Shown piece by piece: positions 44,425-59,040 of a stretch of 64,000 nucleotides of DNA (positions within the stretch are counted from its first letter, which is position 1; each line of letters opens with the position of its first letter). Below the pieces are notes generated by a model. That model was not told the origin of the DNA. It did not search any database and was given only the letters and a program-made list of their open reading frames with translations. The stretch is from contig NIVC01000891.1 of NCBI GenBank assembly GCA_002269645.1, forward strand, positions 1 through 64,000, written 5' to 3'. The DNA comes from Macrostomum lignano. Taxonomy: Eukaryota. Made by a program: the position numbers and the translations under genes.

Positions 44425-47400
44425 ATGAGCTCGGAGTCAGAGTCAGACGGCGACACCGAAGGAGCTGAGCTCTGCGGCCAGTCGGAGTCGCTGACTCGCC
44501 GGCTGCGCAACATCCTCCGCGACTACTCGGACGGCCTGGCCATCCCCAAGGAGCTCATTCAGAATGCGGACGACGCCGGCGCCACCGAGGTAACGCTGAT
44601 CTACGACAGCCGAGCCAATCTGCAGTGGCGCGAGACCGTCATGGGCCGGCGGATGGCCGGCTGCCAGGTGGGTGACGGGCGGCTCTAATTGTGTTGGCTG
44701 ATGCAGGGGATTAGCCAGCAGCTTTCATTGAGTGGGTGGGGTCGCGCCGTTTTATCTGACTGATTGCCATTTTTAACTGGGCGCCGTTTAACTCGACAGG
44801 ACAGGACAGCGCCATCCTATATCCTTGATTAACAGTAGGAATACCAAGCCATTTTTCTAATTATTATTTAGAACATTGAGCTTTGAACATTATTACCGTT
44901 TGTTTCCAGAGGCAAAGGATGAGAAACCCGGCAAGTCCCACTGGAACACAATGGCGATTGAATTCTACAAAGAAGTGTTTAAAAACCGGCGCAGAATTTT
45001 TCCTGTCGTTGATCTGGCTAATCAGAGCAGGATTACCTGGCTCCCTCTTGCTGAAAGCCCTTAGTCAGTAGATGGGGAGTCCGCCTTTCTACAAGAGAGT
45101 CTGCCAGAGGTTGTGTCGGTAGTGCTGCAACGTCTGGGCCTGCCTCTTATCGTCAGAGGGCGTCGCTTTACGGATTGCATGAAAAGCAGCCGGCTGAGCT
45201 ATGTCCCCAACGTGAATCCAGACAATATAATCAACTACTTGAAGGGAGTCCGCTGCTCGGCGTTGCGAGACTCTCTTCCAAGGCAGGTCGAGCTGACTCA
45301 ATTTGCCGGAGTACCGAGAGTCGAGACTGTGATGCACTACTTGCTCACCAATCTGTCACTTAAGGATCAAACCGACACTAAAGACTCTAAAAGTGGTTCT
45401 GCTGAGATTCAGCGTATGGCCTCGCTAATCAGCACACCATTAAATCTGACCGCTGATGGAATGCTTCGAATTTTCAAGGCGGAGAATCCTTCATTTCTCA
45501 CAGAATACGTGCGTCTGATACCAGCCAAATCTACCGACTTGCTTTCGCAGTTCTGCCACAAAAAGATTCAAGAGGTTTTTAGGCCTCCGCAAACATCGCT
45601 TCTCGTTGGATATTTTTCAAGCCCCAACCGCTGTCCCAGTGCTCACAAATCCGGGCTGTACCGCAAATTCAGCATTGCTGAGTTCCGCCGTTGTCTTGGC
45701 AACTTCTTGCCTGCCTGCGGCTCTCCAAACGTCCCGTGCATTCCGCTAGCTAGAATTGAGACTCAGTTGAGGGGCTTGAAATTTGCAGACTGGATTCGAG
45801 ACGTCTAGAAATTTCTCTCAGAGGAGTACGAGATTGTACGCGCAACGTATGGTAGTGCTGCTGCGGAATATTATAAAGTTAACCGCAGGCGTTATCCTCA
45901 GAAACCACCTGAAATCAAAGATGTTCTGTCTCCTGTGTCCGACGCAGCCCTTGTGCCAGCCAGCTTTGAGTGGGAGAAACGCATTTTGAGCTGCGATTTC
46001 TTGTTTAAAGTATCGCATGCAGCTTCAGTGTACCACAAGTCTACACGTAGACCGCAAGATTTGGAAAAGGAAATCGAAGAGGCTCTTTGTCAGCTAAAGG
46101 CTCCAGTTTTAACAGTCAATGACAGTAAATTGATCAAACTAGTAGGGAAATTGGAGGAGCCAAACTCAATGCTTGCTGTGCTCCGCTACGCACTTAACGA
46201 AAATCCTCACAAACCGCGCCATTTGCCTTCTGCTGACATGGCGAACAGCTTTGCCTGCTTTGTTCAGCAACATCAAGGTGCAATGGAACAGGTGATTGAC
46301 CGCAGAGACTTGATCAGTGAGCTGCAGCGTCTACCGATTTTTGTAACTCTTTAGTGGCATGTGTGTCGCGCTTGAGATTGAAAGCCCAAGAATTCTACCA
46401 GCCTACTTGGTGTCTGAGGAGATGCACCTGTGGAGCTTAGCAGCCCAGTTCGTCTTCCTAAGAAAAAACTTTGACCTGGAGAAATTGCATCGCCTAATGG
46501 GATGCGAGGAGGTGAGCAAATTTGCAGCTTATGCTGAATTTATCCTACTCGCGTTCGACAATTTCTCAGACCATACAAAACAAGCTCACCTTTGGAAACT
46601 TGAGTTTCTGGCTTTTGATTTTCAAAGCTTGCGCCGTCGCAATCCTAGTGAAAGTCGCTCGTTTGAGGACTCGCTGAAAAACGCCAGAATTGTTCCGTTT
46701 CAGCAGTCCTGGTGCAGAGCCAGCAACTTTTTCGACCATCGCGTGAATATTTTTAGAGAATTCTGTCCCTCAGAGAGGTTCCTTCTACGCCAATTTCAGC
46801 AAGATGACATGCTCACACTGATGGAGCTGGCAGGTCTGGTAACTGAGTGCATACCGGCTATGGTGCTGCGGTTCGCTAACGATAGTGCCAATCTGCCACT
46901 CGACTTGGCTCGAAACAAATCGGAGACTCTACTGAAGTTTGTAGCTAGCCAAAGCTTCGAGCAGCATCGCACAGAAGCATTCCTGTCTCAACTTGCCAGA
47001 ATATCATTCATTGTACCGGATGTGAAGCCTGAGCTGCAACAGCTGTGCGACAAGGGCTATGTACAGTTTTCTTCACTTGAAAATTGTGTAATCCCGGAGA
47101 ACGTGTACATCTGTTGGACAGTTCTTCCTGTGGCTCCTGCTTTCATCGAAGAACTTGGTTGCTTTAGAAAGTACCTGCAGGAGAAGCCCCAGATGGACAA
47201 GTTTTTCTCGCATTTGAAGAACCTAATCGGATCCCGTCAGTTCTGCAACGCTGGTCTGGCGGACAGTATAAAGCAAGTCAGAGGCAAGGTGATGCACAAA
47301 GTTTACTCATTCATGAGTTCACTGGATCAGGCAGCTTCGGAGCGCTACCTGAATGCGCTAAGAAATTCACCGTGCATTCTCGTCGACAACTGTTCGAGAT

Positions 47401-49618
47401 TTGCTCAGCCATGCCAAGTCACTCTGACCGAAAGGGATGAGATCCCACCGTTTCTCTTTGCCTGCCCTCCTGGCTTCTTGCAGTACAGCGAGCTTTTTCT
47501 AAAACTCGGAGTAACACGGCAGCCGAGCATTGAGCAGGCTGCGATGGTGCTGCATCTAATCAAGAGCGCTACAAAGGATGATTTATTGCCAGTGGCCCTG
47601 TTGGAACCGACAGCAAAATGCATTTGCCTGTTGCTATCGCTTCTCGATCAGCAGGGTGCTTTTCCAACCGGCATTCGCCTGTGCCTGCCAACATCAGTCA
47701 GTACGGAGGAGCAGACCAACAAGAGCTACAAGCTGGTCGATGCAAGCCAGGTGGTGATCAATGACGCAGTGGCCTATTTCGAACGTTTGGGAGGTGCAAC
47801 GCTGTCCGGAATTCAGTTCCTGGATCTGGAATTCTGCGGAATCAGCGCAGATCAGCAGCGAACTCTCGAACGCCGCTTGAACAAGGATCTCCGGGTTCGA
47901 AGACTGTTGGAACTCGTTAAAAAACAACTGGTGTCCGATGAGTGTCCGGAGTGCTCCGCTGGCGAGGCCGGTTGCCAGGTGTGCGCTGAATTTTCGAAGA
48001 AGCTTAGCAGCTCAGATTTTCGCAGCGGACTCGCAAGCGTTATCGTTTCCGATTCTATGGACGCAAACATTGAGAGCACATTCAAATCGGTCAATGGAAT
48101 ATTTGAAGACTTTCGCATCGCTTGCAAGCAGAAATTGGTTACTGTGCTGGTAATGAAAGGCACAGAGATCGACGCATCCAAGAGGCGAAGGAAGTTTTTG
48201 CTTAAAGACGGCGCGATTTACATTACATGAACCATCTCGACCGCTTGCCAGAGGGCGATTATCGGAACTTTTGGCTCAAGGAACTGATGGGAGCTGTGCA
48301 CGGTCTGTTGGAGCCAAGCTTCAGCCTCACCTCACAACAAACATTAAGGCTGCAGTTCATGATGATGCTTGGAGATTTCAGAAACATTCGCCAGATGCTG
48401 CAAGAAGAAAACATTCGCTTTCACGGCCTGAGCGATGACTCGAAGGATACGAGTATGTGGCATGGAGTTGAGCTGGGAAGTCCGGTAAGTCCGATGGACG
48501 CATTGAAACTCGAGCCGTTGGGCATGACGCACCTGCAGCCAGACGACGTGGTAGCGTTTGCGGATCCCGAGGCCGGAGGGTCGCTGATCTACACCCGAAT
48601 CGTCGAGGCACATGGCTCGGCCGATGCCAAGAGCGATGAAGGCGAGTCTGACACCGGCGAGTGGAGCCTCGAGTTCACCATAGACTGCGGTCGTCAGCGC
48701 GGCCGAAAAGTGCGGGCGCCGGCGGCACTACTGCAAGCTTTTGCAAAGATCGAGAATGAATTGGAGTTGCATGAGAACAATAGCGGCTGGGAACTCAGGA
48801 CGGAGCAGCAGATTCACAGAGCGGCTCGCATATCCGATAACTTTGAACGGAAAGCCGCAACCCGGCGAATTCTCGACGCCTGCGATTCAAACCGCTTCGA
48901 TGAGGATCCCGAGCAGCCGGATCCCGAAGCGATTCGGCGGGTGCGGAGTTTTGCTCAAGAGCAGCTGGGGGACAGTCTCTCTAACGGCGACTGGGAGATG
49001 ATGAGCAGAAATGCTGCCAGGGCTGCTGGTAGGTATCGATCGGCGCTAGCTGAAAGTCGCATAAATGGCGACTTCGGCTTCGGTGGCGGCGGCGGCGGCG
49101 GCGGTGGTGTTGGTGGCGCCTTTTGTGGGGCCTTTAACAGTGCCAGGATGGGTGGCGGAGGTGGCGGCGGTTTTGGCGGACCTGGGTGCATTCCTCCGTC
49201 GCCGGGCGAGGCGCAGCGCTATCTACATACGGCCCAAGGTGACGCAGAGGCGGCCGTGGCCACGGCGACTGGAGCGGGCGCTGAACGAGCCTGCTGGGCC
49301 TGCTACCAGAGCTGGCAGGCCGCCGAGAAGGCGATGAAGGCCGTCGTGCTTGCCGAGAATCGACCGGCTGAGCGGAGTCACAACCTTATGATCCACCTGC
49401 TTCTCGTTGTCGATGAGCAGCTGCGGGACCAGCTGGAGCCGCTGGTGCACGACTTGCTGGCTGTACTTCACCGGGACCCGCGCTATCCGCGTGATGGCGC
49501 CACGCTCTTACGACGCGTTCCGCGCCGAGCACGCGCGACAAGCCAGCGAGGCGGCGGCCGGCATTCTGCGACTGGTGGAGGCGGCCGTCTGCGAAGACCT
49601 GGCGCTGACTGCAGCTGA
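44425..49618 (+). pseudogene. SACS-like: Sacsin-like copy 3, pseudogene: exon 1 intact (44425-44667); exon 2 and the first ~4 kb of exon 3 deleted; TAG stops at 45062, 45806 and 46352; frameshifts at ~46355, ~48227 and ~49507
   Basis: Intron homology stops at 44855 and exon 3 homology resumes at 44880 (GCTTTGAACATTATTACC). ORF fragments align with copies 1 and 2. Confidence 0.9.
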
Positions 49619-52493
49619 TTCGGTCTGTTTGTTTTCATTGATGCCAAGAGACCATGAGTGAGCCGAGCATGAGTTGAGTTGCCTTAATGCAGAGGCGGGC
49701 AAACTGCAGCTGCTGAATTAAATAGAAAAGTTGTGAGCCCCGTCCTCCAGAGCGACGCCTACAGCTGAACCCTATTGGGAAGCTGCGACCCCCAGGTCCC
49801 CAGTCAGAGCTCCCGTCCAGTGTCCCAGGGAGAAGCAGGAAAAACGACATAGCAGAACTCACGAGCTTCCGCGCAAAAGCCGATACAGTTCACACTTGCG
49901 AGAAGATCCCATACTCTCCCCTTTTTTTCTCTCCCATCTCTCCCCTTCTCTCTCCTCTCTCCCCTCTTTTCTCGCTTCGTTCCCCTTCCCCCTTCTTCTC
50001 AACTCTCTCCCCTCTTCTCTCCTCTCTCCTCTCCTCTCCTCTCCCCTGTCCTCTCTCCTCTCCTCTACCCTTCTTCTCCTCATCTTCTATCTTTTCTCTC
50101 ATCCCATCTCTTTTGCTCTATTCTCTTCACTTATCTCTCATCCTCTATTCCCTCTCCTTTCCACTCTTATCAACCCGCAGTCATGAGCTGGATTCTTTAT
50201 CTGGCCCTTGAGGAAAAATGTTGCCGACCCCTGCTCGATCTAGAGCCTCCGGGAAGGCCATCCCACAACCTACGAGAGGTCTCTCTCTAAATTATTATTC
50301 GCATGGAGATAACTTGCTCAAAACTTTTTCTCTATTTGTAAAATTTATTACGAGTTACAGTTCCCATATTTTCCCCAAGTTTTCTCAGCAAGATGCGAAC
50401 CAACTCTGAAACAATAATAAATCCACCGCCCATCCAGACCAGACCAGAAAATTGATTTAAAATAAGAAAGTTGGTAGAAGAAAGCTTGGTATTTCTACTT
50501 TTAATTTGATTTGTCAATACCAACTATTATTTAATAACTACTCACATGCTTCTCATTCGTTTAGCTGTTGCCTTGCATACTTACTCTGTTTAGTTTCTCT
50601 TATCAGTATCTGCTAACAGTATCACTTTTTCTCCTTTTACTTAGGCTTAGACAGCAATCGATATCACTTTTTTATTAGTTTACCTTAAAGCTTCATATTA
50701 ATCCCATCTCCTTACTACAAAAGCGATACTCAGTTATTCAGTTAGATTACTGTCCTAATGCTATTAGTGTTTGCTTAGTCCTAGATCCTATTTTTTTAAT
50801 CCATTCTAGAAAATACGCTTTTCGATGTGAATAAACTCAAATTTTGTCCTTACTAATAATAAGTTTTTGTTTAAATTTGACTTACGATTTAGGAATTTAT
50901 GCAAAAATATCCGTAGTTCCGGAGATTGGATTACTGCGGCCTTCAACTGCTCGTTAATATTTGGCAACCCACAAGCTGCAGATCTGTTGGTTTTTCGTGT
51001 GTCAACTGCAGTCGAATGAAGAGATAAATGGATGCTTTTTGATGTTGGCAAGTTGACAATTTCTTCACCTAAAGGTACGAGTATAGATTTCCGCTCTGCA
51101 AACGGAGCACCACAAACTGCAAGTTCGGGGAGTTCTTCTGAATAAAATTATTTGAAGCGAAAGGACCAAAGCTGGTGTAATGTGAGCATCTTACGAATTT
51201 CCTTTAATTGCCATTAATTATTAATTGTTGTTTTCGTTCTGTTTTTAGCTATGTTTTCAAAGTGCTTTTTGTTAGTTAGAGTTTATTATTGCGAAACAAC
51301 TAGACGCGTTCCAAAACCAGTTGACTCAGCGGAGGGTCGACAACTTAACAATGTACCCCGGCTTTGCGCGGCCAGCCAATCAGGATCGGCCTGGACCCCT
51401 TGCACGCGGCAAACCAGCTCTACCCGGCCTGAGAGCGCGCCGCGGGTTCAGTGCAATTTGGATTATCGAGCGGCCAGCCAGACACCCACCACCCGGCTTG
51501 AGGGGGGGGGTTGGAGTGACTATATATGTATGTTTTGGCGGTCGGATCTCATTCTCCGGTTCTTCTCCTTTCGTCTGGCTTCGTTCTCGTTTTGCCATCT
51601 GCCGCGCTTTGAGCCGCTTCTATCGAGTCGAGCCCCGGCCCATATTTTGTTCCGCTGCCCGACCGCAGTAGCCTTGCCGGCGTAACAATCGCGACAACCT
51701 TGTTCAGAGATTGTCGTCGGCAAGCGGTCTAGATAGGAACTGTCGGTTTGACACAGTACGCGACCTCGATCCCGAGGGCCCCAGTGTTTCACTGAAAGGC
51801 ATACCTTGTAGGATTTGGCCAGGGATTCGCTGAACCGTCAGGCCGTCAGTGTCCTCTTCTGAGAGTACGACCTTGGGATTAAGCCAGGGGTGTGTAGGGA
51901 GCTTCTCCGTTAGTCCTGTGTTCTGGTTTGCCTTTTCACTTCTTCCAACATTGAGATCCGCTCGCCAGAGTGCGTTTTTATTATTCATAAAGTGTTAAAT
52001 TTCAAATTGCGTTATCTAATCCGTGTAAATTTGGAGTTAATTAAATTCTAGTCTCAGTCAGCCATTCTGTCAGATCAGGATCACCGCTCAATCGCTCGTA
52101 ATTGTACCTGGAATTGTATTCAATCGTGTAATTCACTTTCTTGTACCATATCTGCGGCTATTGGAGAAAGCTTGGTAGGACTCGCCGACCGGCGATAGGT
52201 AATAGGATCAATAGTTTTAAAAACCTCCGATCGCTCCAGTAGGTTTGTCTAGGGCCTAACCTATTTGCCGTATCGCAATATATCAAATATTACAGCATCT
52301 TCGACGCTTCGAAGCGCACCGTACTGACTAAAACAACTCTATAGTGGTTAGTGCGAGAGATAAAAAAGTATTGAGCTCTGAGCTCACTAGACGACTTTTA
52401 TATTTTTGGTACAAGCGAACGTAAGAATAATTGATGCATAAAAGCACAAGGGTTTTAAAAGAAAGCAGACACTAGTCACGCTCAATGAAGCAT

Positions 52494-53444
52494 TGTCAGT
52501 CAATGGATAAAATAAAACGGCGAGTGTACACAATGTACACCCGCTGAGTCACGCGATACGACACCTCTCCCATCGTAGTTTAGGCGGACGGGAATCGATC
52601 GAGCTCTGCTTGATCTTCTGAGAGCTTGTACTGGTCCTTGATCCGGAAGTTGCAGCGGTCGAGGCTGCGACGGCGGCGGCGACGGTGGCGGTGGCGGCGG
52701 CAGCTGCAGCGGCGGTGGCGGCGGAACCAACGGTTGCGGTAGTGGAGGCCTGAGCTCACCGCTGGATTTCGGATTCGTCTGCAGCGGCCCAGGCCGCTGG
52801 GAAGTCTTGTCGATTCGCATCTGTTCTGTGTGCCGCCGCACCATCCGGTTGTTCGGCAGAATGCACTTGTACCAGTTGCTGCCCTCCTTGCCGACCACCA
52901 TAGCCGATGTCCAGGTTCGCTCGTTCCCGCGGCTAAAGTCTTGAACGAACACTGCCTCGCCCTCCTCGAAGATTCGTCTTTGCGCGCCCGAGTTGTGCTG
53001 CTGCTTCTGCTTTTCCTGGCTCTCGAGAACTCGCTTGGCGATGTCTGGCCTCGGTACGTCGAGCAGGCTACGCAGCGTCCGGTGCATCAGCAGCTCACAC
53101 GGTGCCACTCCCGTCGTTGGATGCGGTGTAGTACGGTAGCTGAGCAAGAATCTGGCCAGCTGGGTCTCCAGGGAGCTGCTGTTGTTGGCCTGCTTCTTCA
53201 GGGAGTTCTTAACAGTTTGCACTGCTCGCTCAGCTTGGCCATTGGAAGACGGGTGGTAGGGTGGCGTGCGGATGTGCCGAATTCCGTTCTTGGCACAAAA
53301 GGCGTCGAACTCGAAGCTGGCAAAGCAGGGCCCATTGTCCGAGACGGTGGTCTCCGGTAGGCCTGAGTGCTGAAGCTCTGTCAATTGATAAAATAAAACA
53401 GCGAGTGTACTCAATGTACACCCGCTGAGTCACGCGATACGACA
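52494..53444 (-). mobile_element. Truncated Gypsy (K02A2.6-like) element: integrase C-terminal half between two ~66-70-bp LTR-like direct repeats
   Basis: GLPETTVSDNGPCF..TPPYHPSSNGQAERAVQTVK..FLLSYRTTPHPTTG. Repeats at 52494-52563 and 53379-53444 with TG..CA ends. Purine tract GATGGGAGAGG (minus strand) precedes the 3' repeat. Confidence 0.8.
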
Positions 53445-55357
53445 CTGACAACAGACGCCAGCGAGAAAGCGGTCTCGGCCATCCTGACTCAAGACGAGCA
53501 CCCGGTGATCTATCTGTCTCGACGGCTCACAGTGGCGGAGCAGAACTACTCCAACATCGGGCGAGAGGCCCTTGCCATCGTGTGGGTGACTCAGCGAGCA
53601 CGACACTTTCTGCTGGGGGCCAAGTTCACCCTGAACTGCGACCATCAGCCGCTGGAGTTCATCTTCAGTCCAGCCAATGAGATCCCGAAGGTTACGTCTG
53701 CGAGAATCTCGCGGTGGGCGATCCAACTGGCGACTTTCGACTACTATATCGCGTACGTCCGCGGAAGAAGCATCGCACATGTCAACGTGATGTCGAGGCT
53801 CGAGTTCGAGGAGAAACCCGAGCAACCGGAGGTAGTCGAGAGTGTCATCCATTGGACCGAGACGGACGTACTGAAACTCGAGGACGTTCAGCAGGCAACG
53901 GCGAACGACTCAGTGCTGCTGGGGATCAAACGCCGGATCCGCGACAACGTCTGGAGCAACTGCTCTACGGCCGAGCGTCCCTTCAAGAGCTTGCGCCAGA
54001 AGCTGTCCGTCGAGGACAGGGTCATCTGCCTGGGAGACTTGGTGGTGCCGCCAGCCGTGCTGCGACCTCAGCTGCTGCAAGCGGCACACGGCGATACCCA
54101 CTGCGGAGCGCTGGCGACGCGCAACCGGCTCAAGCGAGAGGCCTGGTGGCCGGGCCACTGCGACGACGTCGAGCGATACGTCAAGCAGTATGTGAGGTGC
54201 GCGGAGATCTGCACGCCAGCAGCCCTCACGACGCATACCTGGCCAGCGGAGACCACGGCGTGGCAGCGCGTGCACATCGACCACGCGCACGTGCAAGGAG
54301 CCGGCTCTCTCCTCATCGCGGTGGCCGCCTACTCAGGTTGGCCGGAGGCAGTGCTGGTGCCCGACAGGACGGCCAGAACGACGCTGCGGGTTCTGCGGGC
54401 GATCTTCTCGAGGCTAGGCGTGCCCCGGACCCTGGTATCTGACAACGCGCCAGAATTCTGCGACGGCGAGCTGCAGCAGTGTCTACAGCGCATTGGGTGA
54501 AACCTGGTGCACTCGCCGCCGTACCATACGCCGTGCCGAGCGCATGGTCCAGACGGTGAAGCACGGCTCCGGGCATTCGCAGCGCACCGCGCCTCCTTCG
54601 AAGCGTACCTGGCCAAGCTGCTGCTCAATTACCGTTCGAAGGCGAGGAGCGACGGCCGGAGCAGCCCGTCGGCTCTGATGGGCCGACAGCTGAGGAGTCC
54701 GCTGACGATGACCTTCGAGATCGACGCACCAGTCGTTTACCAGCCAAGCTCCAGTGCAACGGCCGACTCCGCGCGCTTTGTGGTCAAAGCTGGCAGCAAC
54801 ACGGCGGTGATCGTCCGCGACAACAACCGGCCGGTCCTCGCCCATCGGGACCAAATTCGGCCGCTGCCCGTCGACTCGACGGTCAAGCCAGGGCAGGAGC
54901 AAGTGACCGGGCGCGGACCAGGGACAGCGGCTGAGAAGACTCAGGCCGAGCCCGAGACTCCGAGGCCGGGCAGCCCCAACGCCGAAATCGAGTTGCCGGC
55001 GGCCCCGAGGCGCAGCGAACGCGGGAACAAAGGAGTCCCCCCCCGAGCGGCTGACTCCTCGGTGGTGAGGGGATGTGGCGCCGCTTGGCGGTGCTCATTA
55101 ACTATCTCTGACTCGCGTTGCAAATCTGCGTACTTACGAGCTAGCATCTAGTGTACTCATTGCCAATGTACTTAGCGTGCACGCGCGGCACGTTGCATCT
55201 TTCTATCTATATGCTAAAGCTTGGAGCGGTTTGATCGCGCTGTATTCGTATTGTAGGGGGCACGTTGCCGTCGGTCATTTTTAAGATAATACAAAGGCCG
55301 GTTTGGCCATCAGTTGAGGTTTCGTATTCTTTGCTCAGCTAAGAGCTCACTTAAACA
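53445..55357 (+). mobile_element. 5'-truncated Gypsy (K02A2.6-like) pol (RNase H + integrase) with PPT and putative 3' LTR (55074-~55357)
   Basis: LTTDASEKAVSAIL..YLSRRL..EQNYS..REALAIVW, DHQPL, HGDTHCG..WWPG..C..C, WQRVHID, SDNAPEF. Stop at 54498. GGTGGTGAGGGGA|TGTGG; the CA end at 55357 is tentative. Confidence 0.85.
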
Positions 55358-55379
55358 GAAAAGAGTCCACCTTATTGCT

Positions 55380-56061
55380 ACGGCACGACAGAAAAGATAG
55401 AAGATAATCTGAGAGATGAGGGGGTGAGGACGATATGAGAGAGAGGGGGAGAAGAGGGGAGGGAGGAGAAGCGAGATGAGAGAGACGAGATGAGAGAAGA
55501 GAGAGTAGAGGAGCGAGTAGAGAGGAGAGAGAAGAGAGTAGAGATGAGAGAGCAGAGAGCTGCAGATGAGAGGAGACAGGAGAGAGGAGAGCAGAGAGGA
55601 GAGAGGAAAGAGGTGAAAGGAGAGATGAGAGAGTAAAGGGAAGAGAGAAGAGATAAAGATACATCTCTACATCTCCAAGGTTGTAGAGATGAGAGAGGTG
55701 TAAGGAGAGATGAGAAATGAGAAATGAGAGATGAGAGATAAAGGAGGAGAGAGGAGAGTGGAGAGAGAAAAGAGGAGACAAGAGAGAGAGAGAGAGTATA
55801 GAAGAGGGAATATAATAGAAAAGAAGAAAGGAGAAAAGAATGTGAGAAGTCAAAACAGGGGAAAGAAAAGAGTACAGAGGAGAGAGGTGAGAGAAAATAT
55901 AAGACAGTAAAGATTCCAGATGAAAGAGGGGGGATGAGAGAGCAGAGACGAGAGTGAACAGACTTGAGATGGGAGAGTAGAGAGAACAGAGGAGAGATAA
56001 GAGATAAGAGAGAAGAGATTACAGAGACTAGAGGAGAGAGGAAAGACAAAGGGGAGAGAGT

Positions 56062-56138
<77 letters not shown>

Positions 56139-56290
56139 GGAGAGCAGAGAGAAAAGACATGATAGATCTAGAGAAAATACAAAAGAAGAGGAAGGAGAGA
56201 TGATAGAGCAAAGAATAGAGAGAAGAGAGGTGAGAAGAGGGGAGAAAGGAGAGAGGAAAGAAGAGAAGAGATGAGAGGAGAGAGATGTTA
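55380..56290. repeat. GA-rich low-complexity tract with a pure (GA)n core at ~56070-56130
   Basis: Direct reading. Confidence 0.9.
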
Positions 56291-56509
56291 TTGTTCAGGG
56301 AAGAGGCGAAAGGAATAATACTCCGCTTTTGCTGACACCAATTATTTGCACTGCTCAGGCACGTTAACTATAATTTATTTTCCAAGTATATTTTGATCTT
56401 AGTGACTCGCGCTCTCGAATACACTGTACGTATTTGCCATAAACAAAAGTTAGTCAGCCGTTGACGACTCTTTAGAATTGAACTAAAAGTTCATCTTCAA
56501 CTCCAACAA

Positions 56510-57607
<1,098 letters not shown>

Positions 57608-58649
57608 AGGCCCTGACACGGTAGAAAGGACTGAAGAAAGTCAATTTAGTTGAATTGCCGATATTTCGAATTAGGTAAATTCTTCGTCAGGGCTGTAAGC
57701 GAGTAAAATTTAAAAGGCGATATCGCCAGGGAGAGACGATCGATAAATGGGTGTGCTCAAGCGCTTAAAACAGTACGCATGGCCAGTACATTAAAACGAG
57801 TGTGACGATTCTAGTGTGGCGGCCTCGAGAATAAGCGAAGGCAAATGAATTCGGCAGAGGCAAACTTGTAGCGGTAGCACTTGGCCGTAATATCAGTTGA
57901 GGTTAATGCCAATGCAATCAATGGCTGCAGGCTTGGTTTATTGTCAACAAAAGTACAGGTTGGAATCATAACGATGCACTGGCGGCTACACAACAACGAG
58001 TTAGATAGATAGGTAGTAAAAGTGGCGTGGCTGAGAGTGGCAGAGGCGTGTCACAAGGCCGTGGCGAAGCGAGGCGGAGATAGAGAAGGCAAGTAGACAA
58101 GTAAAGGCGGCAAGAGTCTACAGGCGGGGACGCAAAGCCAGGCGGGACCAGTGGGGTCGGCGGAGGAGGCGGCGGCGGCGGCGGTCTAGCCCCGAGCGCA
58201 CGGCCAGACAGAACTGATAAAGAGCGGGCTGGGGGTGGGCGCGCGAGGAGAACTTAGTATAATTAATGCGCGGCTTTTCTATTGGCCGGCTGAGAAAAAC
58301 AGGAACAGAAATTATCGATCGCGCGCTGTACGCAGGCTTTACAAATGTACGCAGCTGATTAAAATTCTTAGGGCACTACTTTAAGCAAACGTGGGAGAAC
58401 GGAACTAGTAATATTAAAGATTGGTACCGTATGTCGAAACGGCCCTTGGCAGGGCTACTTAAACTGACAACGTCACACGAGTCTGAGACTCTGAGAAATG
58501 CGGAGGGGTGGCTATAGAACTGTGCGCCTAAACGACCTTTAAGTGTAGGAGAACAATTTTAAAATTAAAAGCCAAAATAAGTAGACAAGGTAACAAAAAA
58601 GTTAGTAAAAGCCCAGAGCAAACAGTGCAGGTGTACCGTACACAGTGTC

Positions 58650-58774
58650 TAAAAACCTAGAGAGAAAAATAAACAAAATAAATCAAAGTAAAGCCAATGA
58701 AAAAAATCACAGAGGGGAACAAATAATAGCAGTAAAAGAGAGAGGAAAGAAGAGAAGAGATGAGAGGAGAGAGA

Positions 58775-58868
<94 letters not shown>

Positions 58869-59040
58869 AGGAGAGATGAGAGACTAGAGGAGAGAGAGTT
58901 GAGAAGCGAGAGGAGAGAGAAGAGAGCTGAGAGAAATGAGAAGAGATAAAAGAGGAGAAAGGAGAGATGAGAGAGCAGACGAGAGAGAAGAGAGGAGAGA
59001 CGAGGGTCGAGAGAGAAGAGAGGAAACAGAAGAGAATATA
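58650..59040. repeat. GA-rich tract with (GA)n at ~58780-58862
   Basis: Direct reading. Confidence 0.9.

Noticed and set aside
44856-44890. New splice acceptor rescuing copy 3 as a one-repeat protein
   Set aside because: Splicing from phase-0 exon 1 gives AAC ATT GAG CTT TGA (stop), and downstream stops and frameshifts exist.
51351-52412. Solo LTR (TGTACC..GGTACA, CCAAT and TATA-like motifs)
   Set aside because: No matching TSD and no second copy in the window; boundaries cannot be supported.
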